Assembly (NCBI RefSeq): GCF_000372725.1 | Contig: NW_005201183.1 | Span: forward strand, 5,972 to 69,971 | Length of the DNA: 64,000 nt | Direction of reading: 5' to 3' | Source of the DNA: Emiliania huxleyi CCMP1516 | Taxonomy: Eukaryota | Shown: positions 10,820 to 22,379 of the stretch, piece after piece | Position numbering within the stretch: the first letter of the stretch is position 1 | Layout of the letters: each line of letters begins with the position of its first letter | The notes under the pieces: generated by a model | Told to the model about the DNA's origin: nothing | Database searches by the model: none | Seen by the model: the letters and a program-made list of their open reading frames with translations, nothing else | Position numbers and translations under genes: made by a program

Positions 10820-13150
10820 ATGCCAGCGGCAAGCGGTCCGGACGCCGTCGCGAAGGTCCGGCGTAAGGCCGACGCGCCCATCACTGGCAAACACCGCACT
10901 GCGGCCACTAAGGGCAAACGCCGCAACGCCGAGTCTTCCACTGACGGCAAGCGCTGCAAGGCTGATGCGGGCTGCCGGGAACTCGCGGCTGGCGCTGCCG
11001 CCTCGTCTGCCGCTGCCTCCGCCTCGCCTGCCGCTGCCTCCGCCAGCTTTTCGTCCCTGCCCCTGCTGGCGACACTGCGGCTCGCCCTTTCCGAGTCGTT
11101 TCCGTTTGAGCAGCTGACTCCGGTGCAGCAGGCCACCATTCCGGCCGCCCTCGCCGGCCGCGACGTCATCGCGCGCGCGAGGACCGGGTCTGGTAAGACG
11201 CTCGCCTTTTTGCTGCCCGCGATCCAGCGGGTCGCGGCGGATCCAGACCAGCCTGGCGTGCGGGCTGTCCTGGTCTCCCCCACGCGCGAGCTAGCCACCC
11301 AGACCGGCGCCGTGTGCGAGGCGCTGCTCTCCCACATGCCCCGCGTGTCGTGCCGCTGCGCCGTGGGCGGGACGAGCGTGCACGGCGACGTCGCCGCCTT
11401 GCGCGGCTCACTCTGCCCCGGCATACTCGTCGGCACGCCTGGCCGGCTCAACGACCTGCTGTCGGGCGGGCACGGCGCGGCGTCCGCCTTCGGCCGCGTC
11501 GCCTGCCTCGTCCTCGACGAGGCGGACCAGCTCCTCGCCCTCGGCTTCCGCCGGCCGGTCGAGGCGGTCGTTGCCTCGCTCCGGAGGGCTGCCCACCCGG
11601 CGGCGCCTCCGTGGCAGACACTCCTCTTCTCAGCCACCCTGCGCGGAGACGTGCGCTCGCTCGCCGCCGCCGCGCGTCGCGGGTGCGCGCCGCCGACGGC
11701 GGCGGAGGACGACGACTTGCTCGTCGCCGACGCCATCGGAGCGGAAGCGCCGACCAACGCGGCGGTCGAGCAGGCCGTGACGGTCTCCCCGCCGGCGGCC
11801 CTCGCGGCGGAGCTGGTGCGGACCCTGCTGGCGCTGCGCTCGGACCCGGCCGCAAAGGTGATTGTCTACGCCGGCGCCGCGCGCCTCGTCTCCTTCCTCG
11901 CCGCGCTCTGCCGCCGGATGGGGCTCGGCGGCTCCGCGCCGCTCGAGCTGCACGCGCGGCTGCCTCACGCGGAGCGCGCGTCGGCGGACCGCCTTTCCTC
12001 GCGGCGGGAGGGGGGGGGGGGAGAGCAGCGTCTCTTCACACCGGGGTGTGCGCGTGAGCAGGTGGACGCCGCCTTCCGCGCGAGCGAGGGCGGGCGGCTC
12101 TTCCTAGAAGCACTTGGAGCGCTTGGAGTGCAGTGAAGCAGACTCCGTCTTCTTGTACCCCAACCCACACTCGAGAGGACACGGACTCAGCTGTATTCGA
12201 CTGTGTTCAGCCGTGTTCAGTCGTCTTCGCCTCCCTCGTAGTCACACGGTGCTCTGGATTCACTGCACAGCACCGTCTCCCCGCCCTGAGGCTGAGAGGA
12301 GAGAGGAGAGAAGGGAGAGGAGGGTGTGCTGATCTCGGCCGAGCTCGCGGTGATGGCGTATTCACCTCGCAGGCTCCTCTTCTCCTCGGACGTGTCTGCG
12401 CGAGGGCTCGACTACCTAGAAGCGGGGAACGTGTTCATGTATTCCAACTAGCGCCCGAGAGGACACGTATTCCGCCGCATTCAGCCGTATTCCGCTGTAT
12501 TCACTGTCTTCCTCCCCGTTGTCTTCACGCGGTGCTCTGAAGACGCTGCACAATGCCGTCTCCCCGCTGCACAATGCCGTCTCCCCGCCCTCATGCCGGC
12601 GTATGCACCACCACGCAGGCTTGACTACCACGACGTGACTGCCGTCGTCCAGCTCGGCGCCCCGCCCGACCGAGCGACGTACATCCACCGCGTGGGCCGC
12701 ACCGGACGCGCCGGCGCTGCGGGAGTCGGCCATCTGCTGCTGGCCGAGAGCGAGGCGTCCTTCCTGACTTGCTTGGGCGGGCTGCCGCTGACGCGAGCCC
12801 CGCCGCTGCCGCCCGCCGCCGCCGCGCTCCTCGAGCCGCGGCTGCGCGCGGCGCGCGGCGCGCTCCCCGCGAGCCTCGCCCAGGAGGCGTACGCCTCGCT
12901 GCTGGGGGTCTGCTCGGAGCCCGGCTGCTTGCGCCGGCTGCGCTGGAGCAAGGAGGACGCCGTGCGCCACACGAACGCCTTCGCCGCCGGCGTGCTCGGC
13001 CTCGCCACGCCGCCGCCGCTCGACGCCGCGGCGCTCCAGCGGATGGGCCTCGCCGGCGTGCGCGGCGTCGCGGCGAAGACAACGTCGCTCTCGTGCTTCT
13101 CGGTGGCGGGTAACGCGCCGCGCCACAAGGGGCGCTGCGACCTCGGCTGA
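10820..13150 (+). CDS. DEAD-box RNA helicase (Mss116/DDX18-like), 4 exons
   Basis: Q motif, ARTGSGKT, PTRELA, TPGRL, DEAD, SAT, ARGLD and HRVGRTGRAG. GC-AG introns 11984-12061, 12097-12372 and 12406-12618. Confidence 0.9.
12022..12061 (+). mobile_element. Degenerate copy of the 39-nt intron-forming core
   Basis: AGCAGCGTCTCTTCACAC...GCGTGAGCAG at the 3' end of helicase intron 1. Confidence 0.55.
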
Positions 13151-13824
13151 CGGGCGTCGCTCTGGGACCTGGGGTAAGTTGGCCGTAGCCCCGGCAGGCT
13201 GGCCCCACCTAGCGCAATGCGCCGCGACCGATATGTGAGGGGGCGGCGCCCTCGGTACGATGCCGCCGTCGCCACGCAAGATCCTAGTGCGATGTGCAGT
13301 GCGATTTGCATTTGGAAATCACGTGTCTTCTTTGCAAAATTCGCCGTGTTTTACTGCGAGTGTCTCCGCTCAAGTGCGTCCGCTCTCCGCTGCGGGACCT
13401 GGGGGTCCACATAGACATAGACCACACCACACAGATCACAACCGTCGCCTCATGCGTCACCCCGCGCCCGGCCGCGCTCCGGGGGGCCGCTCCCCCGCGT
13501 CGATAGTAAATTGACTCCGCCACGACATATAGGTCGCAGCACCTCCCCCCAAATTTCTATGTGAATCCTCCCGCTCTCGCGCGCTACCCAACCACGGCAA
13601 CGCGCGGCCACGATAACGCATACCTTGTAAGGTAAGGGTATTGCGTGCGTACCCGTAGCCGTACACAACTCTACTGTATCACATGAAAACCTCTCCGGAG
13701 TGTCTCGTCGAGAACATCTCTCTCGAGAGATTCGATCTTACGCCCGCGCGCGCCGCGCTGAGGCAGCGCTCGTGCGCACAAGAAATTTGGAGTCACAGCG
13801 ACCGTGGCCTCTCAGCAGCGCTCT

Positions 13825-15726
13825 CTATGTAGAGCGCTCCTGGGCCGCATCCGCCGCCATCCTGGCTGCAACCGCCCTAGCCATCGACGCGACCGCAGCG
13901 GCACCCCTCGCCTCTGCAGCAGCACGCCTCGCGTCTGCAGCGGCCCTCGCCTCATCCAGCGCCGCCTCGGCCGCCGCCAGCGCCGCCTCGGCAGCCGCTA
14001 GCGCCGCCACGGCCACCACCTCCTCCGCCTTGTCCGCCTCTGCCTCCTCCTCCGCCTCGTCCGCCTCCGCGTCCAAGCGCACCGCCTCGGCCACCGCTGC
14101 CGACGCCGCTGCCTGGCTCTCCGCCGTGATGCCGAGCCGGATCCTCTCCTCGTGACACTTCTCGAGAAGCCTCATCATTTTCTCCTCCTCGGCCTTCTTT
14201 GCGGCCTCGGCTGCCTCCGACGGCGACTCGGACTCCTGCGACAGCCCAGCCGCGCCCGCTCCGCCGCCCTTCTTCTTCTTCTTGCCCTTCTTGCCCTTGG
14301 CGCGTTTCTCCGCCTCGACCTCCGCCAGCAGCTCGTCGGCGTGCCGCGCCGCCTCCTTCTCCTCCGCCGCCCTCTGCGCCGCCCTCTCCGCCGCCCCCGC
14401 AGCCCACGCCGCCTCATTCGCCGCCTTCTCGGCCGCCGCATGCTCCTCGAGGGCGCGCACGCACTCGGCGTGGCCCTGTTGCTTGGCGTACTGCAGCGCG
14501 GTTGTACCCTTCTCAGAGCGCAGCGTCATGTCTGCGCCCCCCCGCAGCAGCTGACGCACGACGGTGGGGTAGCCGAGCAAGGCGCCAAACATCAGCGCAG
14601 TGCCGCCGTTGGGGCCTTTCTGATCGACCTCCGCGCCGTGCCGCAATGCCAGCTCGACCAGCTTCTCGCGGCCGTTGGTGGCGGCGAGGCTCAGCGCGGA
14701 GCCACCATCGCTCTTCTGCAACGAGATATCTGCACCGCGCCGCAGAAGCGCCTCGGCCAGCTCCGCGTAGCCATAGACCATCGCAACCATCAGCAGCGTC
14801 ATGCCGCTCGCACACGAGCCGTCACCAAAGGTGTACTCGAACGTCGCGTCGACCCGCCCGCCGTCGTCGAGCCACGCCAGCACCGGCGTCTCGTCGCCTC
14901 GCTCAGCCGCTAGCACGACCTCCTTTGGCACTGCCTCGCTGCCCGGCGTGGCCCCCGCGCCCTCGCCGCTGGAAGCAGAGGCCGCAGCACTGGCGCCCGC
15001 CGCCGCCTCGCCTGCGGGTGCGCCGCCCGCCCCTGCGCCGCCCGCCTCGGCCGACAGCGCCTTGATCCGAGCTGCCGTCACCTCCCCGAGATACGTCCTG
15101 AAGGCCTCGTAGCACTCGGTGTGGCCCTTCTCCTTGGCAATCTGCAGCGCCGTCCTGCCGCCGCTAGAGCGCAGCGTCATGTCAGCGCCCGCCCGCAGCA
15201 CGCGAAGCACCACGGCGGGATGGTTGTGGATAGCGGCCCCCATCAGCGCGGTGCCGCCGAGACTGCTCTGCAGGTTGATCGCCGCACCGTGCCGGATCAG
15301 AGTGTCGACAATCCGCTCGTAGCCTTGGTAGGCGGCCTCCATCAGCGCAGTGACGCCAAGCTTGTTTTGCAGATTGACCTCCGCGCCGTGCCGCAATGCT
15401 AGCTCGACCATCTCCTCGCGGCCGTTCACGGCGGCGAGACCCAGCGCATAGTAGCTGCCGGCGCTGGCCAGCAATGAGACATCCGCACCGCGCCGCAGAA
15501 GCGCCTCGGCCAGCCCCGCGTGGCCATTGGACATTGCGACCATCAGCAGCGTCATGCCGCTCGCACACGAGCCGCCATCAAAGGTGTACTCGAACGTCTC
15601 GTCGACCCGCCCGCCGTCGTCGAGCCACGCCAGCACCGCTCCCGATTGGCCATCCTTGGCGGCCTTCCGAATGCTTGCAGGGACGTCGCCGCCGCCGCGC
15701 GTCGACGGAGGAGGCTGCGCGGACAT
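13825..15726 (-). CDS. Ankyrin-repeat protein (two tandem ANK modules, Lys patch, Ala/Glu coiled tail); paralogue 1
   Basis: Repeated GxTAL(M)xAAxxG...LLxxGADxxL motifs in an intact single ORF. Confidence 0.9.
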   Translation of the reverse strand: MSAQPPPSTRGGGDVPASIRKAAKDGQSGAVLAWLDDGGRVDETFEYTFDGGSCASGMTLLMVAMSNGHAGLAEALLRRGADVSLLASAGSYYALGLAAVNGREEMVELALRHGAEVNLQNKLGVTALMEAAYQGYERIVDTLIRHGAAINLQSSLGGTALMGAAIHNHPAVVLRVLRAGADMTLRSSGGRTALQIAKEKGHTECYEAFRTYLGEVTAARIKALSAEAGGAGAGGAPAGEAAAGASAAASASSGEGAGATPGSEAVPKEVVLAAERGDETPVLAWLDDGGRVDATFEYTFGDGSCASGMTLLMVAMVYGYAELAEALLRRGADISLQKSDGGSALSLAATNGREKLVELALRHGAEVDQKGPNGGTALMFGALLGYPTVVRQLLRGGADMTLRSEKGTTALQYAKQQGHAECVRALEEHAAAEKAANEAAWAAGAAERAAQRAAEEKEAARHADELLAEVEAEKRAKGKKGKKKKKGGGAGAAGLSQESESPSEAAEAAKKAEEEKMMRLLEKCHEERIRLGITAESQAAASAAVAEAVRLDAEADEAEEEAEADKAEEVVAVAALAAAEAALAAAEAALDEARAAADARRAAAEARGAAAVASMARAVAARMAADAAQERST

Positions 15727-17484
15727 ACACGTGCACTAGCTGGGTTCCGGCTCCTACCCGGAGGGGTAGTCTCGGAGCGACTGACTCGCGCCAAAACGCC
15801 CTACCTACCGGAACCCTGAGTGGCTCGCTAAACGCTCGCCGAGCCAGGTTATGCAACGAACACACATCTGCGCACACGTGCAAGGGTGTCTAGCCTTAAT
15901 AAAGTGGCGCTCACACTCTCTCCGCCTCTTGTGGATCGAACTGGACAGTGCTCAGTGGACTCGCGAGCTCGCATGTCCGCGCGTGTCGTTCCCGACGGAT
16001 TCGCGCGGTGGGTGGCGTCGATAGCCAAAGAGCTTATCGCGCAGCCGATCGAAGAGCCTGTTCTGATCGGCTCGCGAGCCCTGGAGCTCGCAGCCATCGC
16101 CATGGTCGCGAAACCATCGCGCTGGGCGGCGCGGCGGGTGGGGCGGCAGCGGGGCACCAGGAGATGGTGCCGTGGGCAGCGCTGCGGGGAAGGGAGGAAG
16201 GGGCGGAGAGAGGGAGGAGGGGGGGGCGGCTCGCCTGCCGCCCTCGAGCCGCGACAGCCGGTGCCGTGGCCGGCCCGCCTTCGAACGTGAAGGGGGGACG
16301 GCCTCATGCCGCCTCACCGCGCGACGCGGCGGCCGGCCGCCACCTCAAAGGAGGCCTCTCGCGCTCGAAATACGTGCGAGGCACCTGCCGAAGGGGGTGG
16401 GGTGGTCGGGCGGTCTAGGGGAAGGCGTCTCCGGTGGGTGGGCGCCGCTCCTACAGCGCGCGGGGCGGGGAGGCCGACTGCGGCGGTGATACGGTCGCGC
16501 GCGCGGGGCGTGGAGGGCCAGGGAGGTGGAATCCGGGCCGGCGGAACCTTCCGATTTTTGACGTGATTAACTAGCCCGAGGCTGGCCGGAGAGGATTGAG
16601 ACCTGCGATTCTTGTTTTTCCGCTGCTCGAGCCGGCCAGCCGTGCCTACGGCGAGAAAAGGAGCGTCCGACCCGGTCCGATCTCGCGCTCCAGCGGGAAC
16701 GCCGAGCGCCTCGGACGCCAAGCGGAAACGGCGTTCGGAGGCGGGGCGCGGTGGCGATCACCGGTCGGCGCCTTCGCGGCCGGCCGGCCCGGTGGGTCGC
16801 CACGGCACATGCGCCGCGCGCCGTCGCCAGGCCCCGCCGCCGCCCCGCCAGAGCAGCGGCGAGATGGGAGGCGGTCGGCGGGTGACATCGGCTCTTCGAG
16901 CGAGCTTTCAGCTCACTTTGACGACGCTAGGAAAATCAATTCGTGGAATCCAGTTCGAGATGCAGTGAGGCGGAGCCTACCCTGCCCCGCCCTTGTGAGG
17001 CAGGAAAGTGACGACTACCCCGTACGCCCGGTTGCATCATACCCCATCGCCGACCGCCCATTCCCCCCTCCTCGTCCCCCCCCTGTTTTTTTTGGATTTT
17101 CTTTTTCTGGTTGGGAAAAACTGGCCGGACCGGATTTTGGGGCGGATGACGAGAGCACGAGACGCGTCGCCTCGCTTTGGGGTGGCTGATGAGGGGCGCC
17201 GTCCCGATTTGGTCCACACTCTGTCACTTACCCCTTGCAAGAAAACGAGAACACCTGATCAAAGACTCAACGACAAACGCGTGAAAGCTGGCAAGCGTGC
17301 GTTGGCCGTTGGCGTTGCCCATTTTACACCCCGCAGGGCAAGCATCAAGCAAGCGAGCAGCCGCCTTTTTGGGGCAGCATCCAAGCCAGCGCGGCGGCAG
17401 AGCCAACAACAGTCGTGGCGGCCCTCCGCTTAACGCCAGTGGGAACGACCATCTTTTGATTTGTACGTACCCCCTCCTCTCCCC

Positions 17485-18882
17485 CTACTGAGCCCCCTTT
17501 GTAACTCTATTTGGGCCGCGTCGTGGAATTGACATGCGCTTCGAGTATGCAACGAGAAGATCGCGCACATACTGCTTGACGGCGCGTTTCGAAAGATGCT
17601 GCTTGACAAATTGTCGTGCGTTCGCTGCTATGTTTTTGGCGATAAGCGGCGACTGGCGCAAGCACTCGGCGGTAGGGAAAACATATCGGGAAAGAGAGCC
17701 AAGTGCATTCTCGGCAGGGACAAAATCGTGGTGTGGGCGAAGCAGTGGGTAGAAGAACTCGTACCAGTCCGTGTTTGTGACCACAGGAACTGAGCCACAG
17801 GCGAAGAGGTTCTTGAATCGGTTGGAGTAGGAAGGCCAGGTACCACCCCCCGGAGAAAGCAGGTACTGGTAGTGACATGCGTCGCTGCGGCCTTGCCGCT
17901 CTGGCCACGTGGGGAGATCGCATTTTTCAACTCCCCCTCTGAATCCGATGGCTTCGGTAAGAAGCCCGGTCATCATGGAGCCATTGGCGGTCGCAGCGCC
18001 TAAGCACCAGGCGGAGTTTCGATATGTATTTCTGGTGCCCACGAAATGCATTTTGGGTATCCGCTGCGAGAAGTCCTTCTCAGCACTCAGCAAGAAGTGC
18101 TCATTGCGTTCGATAAGGTCCCAGAATTCTGGGAAAGTGTGGTCTGGCAGCAACAGGATGCGCGAGTCCTCCGATCTGCGAGAAGCCATGAAGATTGGCG
18201 CGCGGCGAAGCTCCGACCCAGATTGCACAGGAGCCCACTCTTGTTCCGGAGCTAAATCTGAGAACAAAATGATGAGGTCAGCATCGGGCAGCGGCGAGTC
18301 CCGGTGCACTTCCCGAAGAATCTCAAGCACCTGCGCTCTTCTTCCGATGTCACTGCCAGAATTCAGAACGCGCATGCCTCCGGCCCGGATCGTCACCCTC
18401 GCTGACGTCTTCTGTTTGGCAACGCTCCAGGCAGCGTCGACCATTTGACTGGTTATATTCGCGTAAGGTGCCATCTGCCAGCGGATGACTTCTGCGTACG
18501 AACGCATGCCCACGGGGAATCTCTCTGTCACATCGTGCCTCGTTTTGAAGCGCCCAGCCTTGCCCACCGGTGTCCAGTCGATTCCGTCCCATTCCGGTCG
18601 CTCTGTGGGATTGCCGCGCTGGTTTGAGAGAACGCCCTCCCAAATGGAGCGATTCGCACGTTGCAGGCAGAGTTGAAGTTTGTCACTCGCGCCGTCGAGG
18701 CATCTGGGGGCACCAGCTGGCGCGCAAGCGTCTGCTGGCGCGGCGGCGGACGCACGTAGTCCGAACTTTGGAAATCGGCGGGCGCTGGTGTTCGTGCCGC
18801 CGCCGCCGTCGCCGACTGGAGCTTTTGCGGGTGCCGCCGTCGTGGCCGCGGCTGCCACGAGAAGGAGAGCGACGGCTGACAT
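17485..18882 (-). CDS. Glycosyltransferase family 90 (CAP10/KDELC-like) with signal peptide
   Basis: YQYLLSPGG..SYSNRFKNLFACGS..WYEFFYPLLRPHHDFVP..AKNIAANARQF. N-terminus MSAVALLLVAAA. Intronless. Confidence 0.85.
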   Translation of the reverse strand: MSAVALLLVAAAATTAAPAKAPVGDGGGGTNTSARRFPKFGLRASAAAPADACAPAGAPRCLDGASDKLQLCLQRANRSIWEGVLSNQRGNPTERPEWDGIDWTPVGKAGRFKTRHDVTERFPVGMRSYAEVIRWQMAPYANITSQMVDAAWSVAKQKTSARVTIRAGGMRVLNSGSDIGRRAQVLEILREVHRDSPLPDADLIILFSDLAPEQEWAPVQSGSELRRAPIFMASRRSEDSRILLLPDHTFPEFWDLIERNEHFLLSAEKDFSQRIPKMHFVGTRNTYRNSAWCLGAATANGSMMTGLLTEAIGFRGGVEKCDLPTWPERQGRSDACHYQYLLSPGGGTWPSYSNRFKNLFACGSVPVVTNTDWYEFFYPLLRPHHDFVPAENALGSLSRYVFPTAECLRQSPLIAKNIAANARQFVKQHLSKRAVKQYVRDLLVAYSKRMSIPRRGPNRVTKGAQ

Positions 18883-19449
18883 ACACGTACACGTGTGTGT
18901 GCGGCGCATCGGTTCCTCCTTGCCGCTGCCCCCGGCAACACACGCATCTCGAAAAAAAGTCGTTCAAATAAGCTGAGGCGGAGCCGGCGGAGGGGGGGGG
19001 CGAGCCGAGGACAATAGAGAGGCCGCGGGTGCGGGCACGACTCGCCGACCAGGGAGAGCGGGCTCGAACCCCCGGGGGTGGAAGTGAGTGTGACCCAATG
19101 CCACCGTTCTCGCCCGGGGCAACCCCGGCCGGGCCGTCGACGCTCTCGGAGGCTGCGGTACCAGCCGGCGAAGCGGAGTCGAGGCCACAGCCGAGGAAGA
19201 GGCATCAGAAATGACTGCAGAGGCAGTCTGGTAACGCCCGGAAGGCGAGCAAGGGACCGGGACGAGCCGAGGACTCGCCCCGACAGGGCCGACAGGCGAA
19301 GGAAGGGACTCTGGGACCGGAGTCGGGCGGGCGCACATGAGGCGTACCCGTGTACGTACGTGGAGTACAGTGTTGTGTGTCCGTTAGCTCCGAGTAGAGG
19401 GGGCGTTCTGCAGTTAAGGGGAAACCCGGTACACGGAACTAACCCTCGG

Positions 19450-19607
19450 AGACCCGTGTTTACTTTACAGCCCTTGCCCTGCGAACGCGCACCCCCGGGG
19501 CTAGGGCTCTCTAGCCCGTAACCCGATGCCAATCATCCGGCCCGCTGGGTGCGCTTCTTAGCTCCCCGGCCCTGGATGTGCGGTTAATGACTGCACTCCA
19601 AGTGCTC
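19450..19607 (+). repeat. Dispersed repeat family A (GGGCTAG...CTAGCCC hairpin; ACTGCACTCCAAGTGCTC)
   Basis: Near-identical copy at 47160-47324, with a partial duplicate at 47097-47150. Partial copies at 53107-53119 plus 53873-53967, and inverted at 12107-12137. Confidence 0.8.
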
Positions 19608-19783
19608 TGCGGGCCTCCCGCCGCCATTGATGGGCTGTGCGTGACCGCCGCAGCGTGCGCTAGCAGCGCCCTCTCGCCTGCAGCGGCAGCTGCCGCGGCT
19701 GCCACGAGAAGGAGAGCGACGGCTGACATACACGTGCTCCTTGTGCGCGGATCTCGAAAAAAAAGTGCTGGGCGATTTCGGCC

Positions 19784-20451
19784 ACGCGGCCACACGCGCT
19801 GGCGCGCACGGCAACCGGGACTTACACGCGCGACACGAGGGACTGCGTATCCTCGCCTGCCTCGGGGGAGAATAGCCGCCCTCACCCGCTGCCGCGCATC
19901 GAGCTCGGCGCGGGGCTGATACGTGTCATTCTGTGCCGGCGCGTATCTTAGCCAAGATACGCGGCCACACGTGCAGACGCGTATAGCGGTACTCGCGCCC
20001 ACACGTGCAGCCGCCTATCTTGGCCAACATAGGCGGGCGTGAGCGCGTGAAACGGCCTGTTGGCGAAGGCGACTCGCGCTGGCACGTGCACAGAGGGATG
20101 TTCACATACGCGGCTACACGTGTGGGCGCCTATCTAGGGGAACACACGCGCCCCATGCGTGGGCGTGTATGTCACGCGGTACGCGGCTGCGAGTGCAGCC
20201 GCCTATGTTGGCCAAGATAGGCGGCTGCACGTGTGGGCGCGAGTACCGCTATACGCGTCTGCACGTGTGGCCGCGTATCTTGGCTAAGATACGCGCCGGC
20301 ACAGAATGACACGTATCAGCCCCGCGCCGAGCTCGATGCGCGGCAGCGGGTGAGGGCGGCTATTCTCCCCCGAGGCAGGCGAGGATACACAGTCCCTCGT
20401 GTCGCGCGTGTAAGTCCCGGTTGCCGTGCGCGCCAGCGCGTGTGGCCGCGT
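19784..20451. mobile_element. Foldback/MITE-like element with 253-bp inverted arms
   Basis: 19784-20036 is the reverse complement of 20199-20451 (about one mismatch seen), with a 162-bp spacer and internal palindromes. Confidence 0.8.
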
Positions 20452-20528
20452 ACCTTAGCTAAGATACGCGCGCACGGGCGTGGGTGGGTAAAAACGGGTC
20501 ACTTTGCGGGGTTTGCCGCCTTCACTCG

Positions 20529-22124
20529 ATGGGCTGCTTCTCCAGCCGCGTCGAGGCCCCGAGCGAGGAGCTGCCCGGCCCTCCCGCCGCCGAACGCGAC
20601 GCCCCGACGCCCGCCGACACCGCCGCGCCGACGCAGCCGCCCGCCGCCCTCCCCTCCGCCGCCGATCTCGTTGATTTTTATCAGCGCCGGACCGTCCGCC
20701 CATCCAGCCCGGCGGCCGCAGCAATCGTACTCGCTTTGCGGCACTCGCGGCAGGTCCGCACAGATCGTTTCTTTTACGAGTACAATCTGAAGAAGTGGCG
20801 CGAGTACGGCGGCGGCGACCTGGAGCCGGTCCTCGCGAACGGCGCCGTCGCCCTCCTCGACGCGCAGTGGATCATCAGCCACGCCGAGGCGGGCGGCGTC
20901 CTCGCCCACCGCCAGGCGCTGCCCAAAGAGGCCTTCCTCTCCCTCGCCGACCTCGTCGAGGCGACACCTCCTCGTTTTAGCCTCCTCCCAGTTGCCGCGC
21001 TTTCCTACCCGTGGCTGACCAAGGACCACCCCGACCCGTGCGGAGCCAACCTCGCCCGCTTCGCAAGGGCGCTCAAGGCCCTACTCACCTATCGGTGCAT
21101 CTCGCGGCTCGGCGTGTTTTGGGACTTCGGCTCGCTACATCAGCACCCCGACCCCGCCAGCGGCGTCATGCGCACCGAGGAGCAGAACGCGCTCTTCAAG
21201 CAGGGGCTGGGCTGCCTCGGCACGCTCTACTCCCACCCGCACACGACCGTGCTGCGGCTGACCTCCTTCCCGGACGGCCACAAGGCGGAGGACCAGGCCG
21301 AGGGCACCAACGTGGCCAAGTACTTTGACCGCGGGTGGTGCTTCACCGAGAGCAGCTGGGCGAGCCTGACAAAGGCCGGCCGGTTCTCGCTCGACCTCGG
21401 CAAGATGCGCGACGGCGAGGAGTACCGCGACTACGGCAGACTCATCAAAGACTGCACCCAAGACGGCGGCCGGCGCCCTCCGCTGCTGCCGTCTGCGTTC
21501 GCGGCGGAGCTGGAGAAGAAGAGCTTCACCAACGGCAAGGACGACAAGCCGCTCGTGAAGCGGCTGTACGAGGCCGCCTTCGAGGAGCAGTTTGGCAAGG
21601 CGACCGAGCTGTTCTACACCGAACTCGGCTGGGGCGACGCGGAGGCGGCGCAGCTGGCGGAGGTCCTCGCGAGCGGGGCAGCGCCGCGGCTCGAGGAGCT
21701 CCGTCTCGACTCCAACCAGATTGGCGACGAGGGCTGCAAGGCGCTGGCCGCCGCCCTCGGCAAGGAGGGGGCAGCGCCGCGGCTCGAGGCGCTCTCTCTT
21801 CCCTGCAACAAGATTGGCGACGAGGGCTGCAAGGCGCTGGCCGCCGCCCTCGGCAAGGAGGGGGCAGCGCCGCGGCTCGACAGGCTCTATCTCCGCAACG
21901 AGATTGGCGACGAGGGCTGCAAGGCGCTGGCCGCCGCCCTCAAGGAGGGGGCCGCCCCGCGCCTGGAGGCGCGAGACGCCCCCCCTCGCCACATGCCCCT
22001 CCCCCCGCCTAATGCTCATCGCACCTCCCCTCGCGTGCAGTTGCTTCAGGTGGGCGTCGAGAACATGGCGCAGCCTGAGCTGGTGGCCGTGTGCAAGGAG
22101 CGCGGCATCAGGCTCTACGGCTGA
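20529..22124 (+). CDS. HET-like domain + RI-type leucine-rich-repeat protein with N-terminal MGC acylation motif
   Basis: ALSYPW..HPDP, VFWDFGSLHQ and YFDRGWCFTE motifs, then LRRs (LEELRLDSNQIGDEGCKALAAAL x3). Probable in-frame GC-AG intron 21969-22040. Confidence 0.8.
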   Translation: MGCFSSRVEAPSEELPGPPAAERDAPTPADTAAPTQPPAALPSAADLVDFYQRRTVRPSSPAAAAIVLALRHSRQVRTDRFFYEYNLKKWREYGGGDLEPVLANGAVALLDAQWIISHAEAGGVLAHRQALPKEAFLSLADLVEATPPRFSLLPVAALSYPWLTKDHPDPCGANLARFARALKALLTYRCISRLGVFWDFGSLHQHPDPASGVMRTEEQNALFKQGLGCLGTLYSHPHTTVLRLTSFPDGHKAEDQAEGTNVAKYFDRGWCFTESSWASLTKAGRFSLDLGKMRDGEEYRDYGRLIKDCTQDGGRRPPLLPSAFAAELEKKSFTNGKDDKPLVKRLYEAAFEEQFGKATELFYTELGWGDAEAAQLAEVLASGAAPRLEELRLDSNQIGDEGCKALAAALGKEGAAPRLEALSLPCNKIGDEGCKALAAALGKEGAAPRLDRLYLRNEIGDEGCKALAAALKEGAAPRLEARDAPPRHMPLPPPNAHRTSPRVQLLQVGVENMAQPELVAVCKERGIRLYG

Positions 22125-22379
22125 AACGTGAAAGCCTCTCCAACCCCGGCCAGGCGGCAAGGCTAGGCGCGGGGCCCGGCGGGACAGACGCGCGAGCACG
22201 GCAGAGAGCGACAGACCCTGCGGCTGCGGATCACGACACAGCGACGGTGGGGTCGCGCGCGGGTGGGTTTGTGCGGCGGGGGGGAGGGGGAGTTAGGGGG
22301 GGGGGAGAGGGGGGGGGGGGCGGGGGGGGTCTATGAGAGGTTGAGGTGTTCACAGAGCGTTGACTCGCAGCAGAACGAG

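Noticed and set aside
12546..12588. ~20-nt match between a helicase intron tandem repeat and 30826-30846
   Set aside because: A single short match with an indel in GC-rich DNA; may be chance.
19511..20790. Two ORFs with identical N-termini (MGASTAIRV...)
   Set aside because: An artefact of the inverted repeat; both start at non-ATG codons.
21969..22040. Exon-start duplication in this intron and in 1128-1217, ~6725-6786 and 56740-56882
   Set aside because: No convincing similarity. These are counter-examples, so the duplication rule is not universal.
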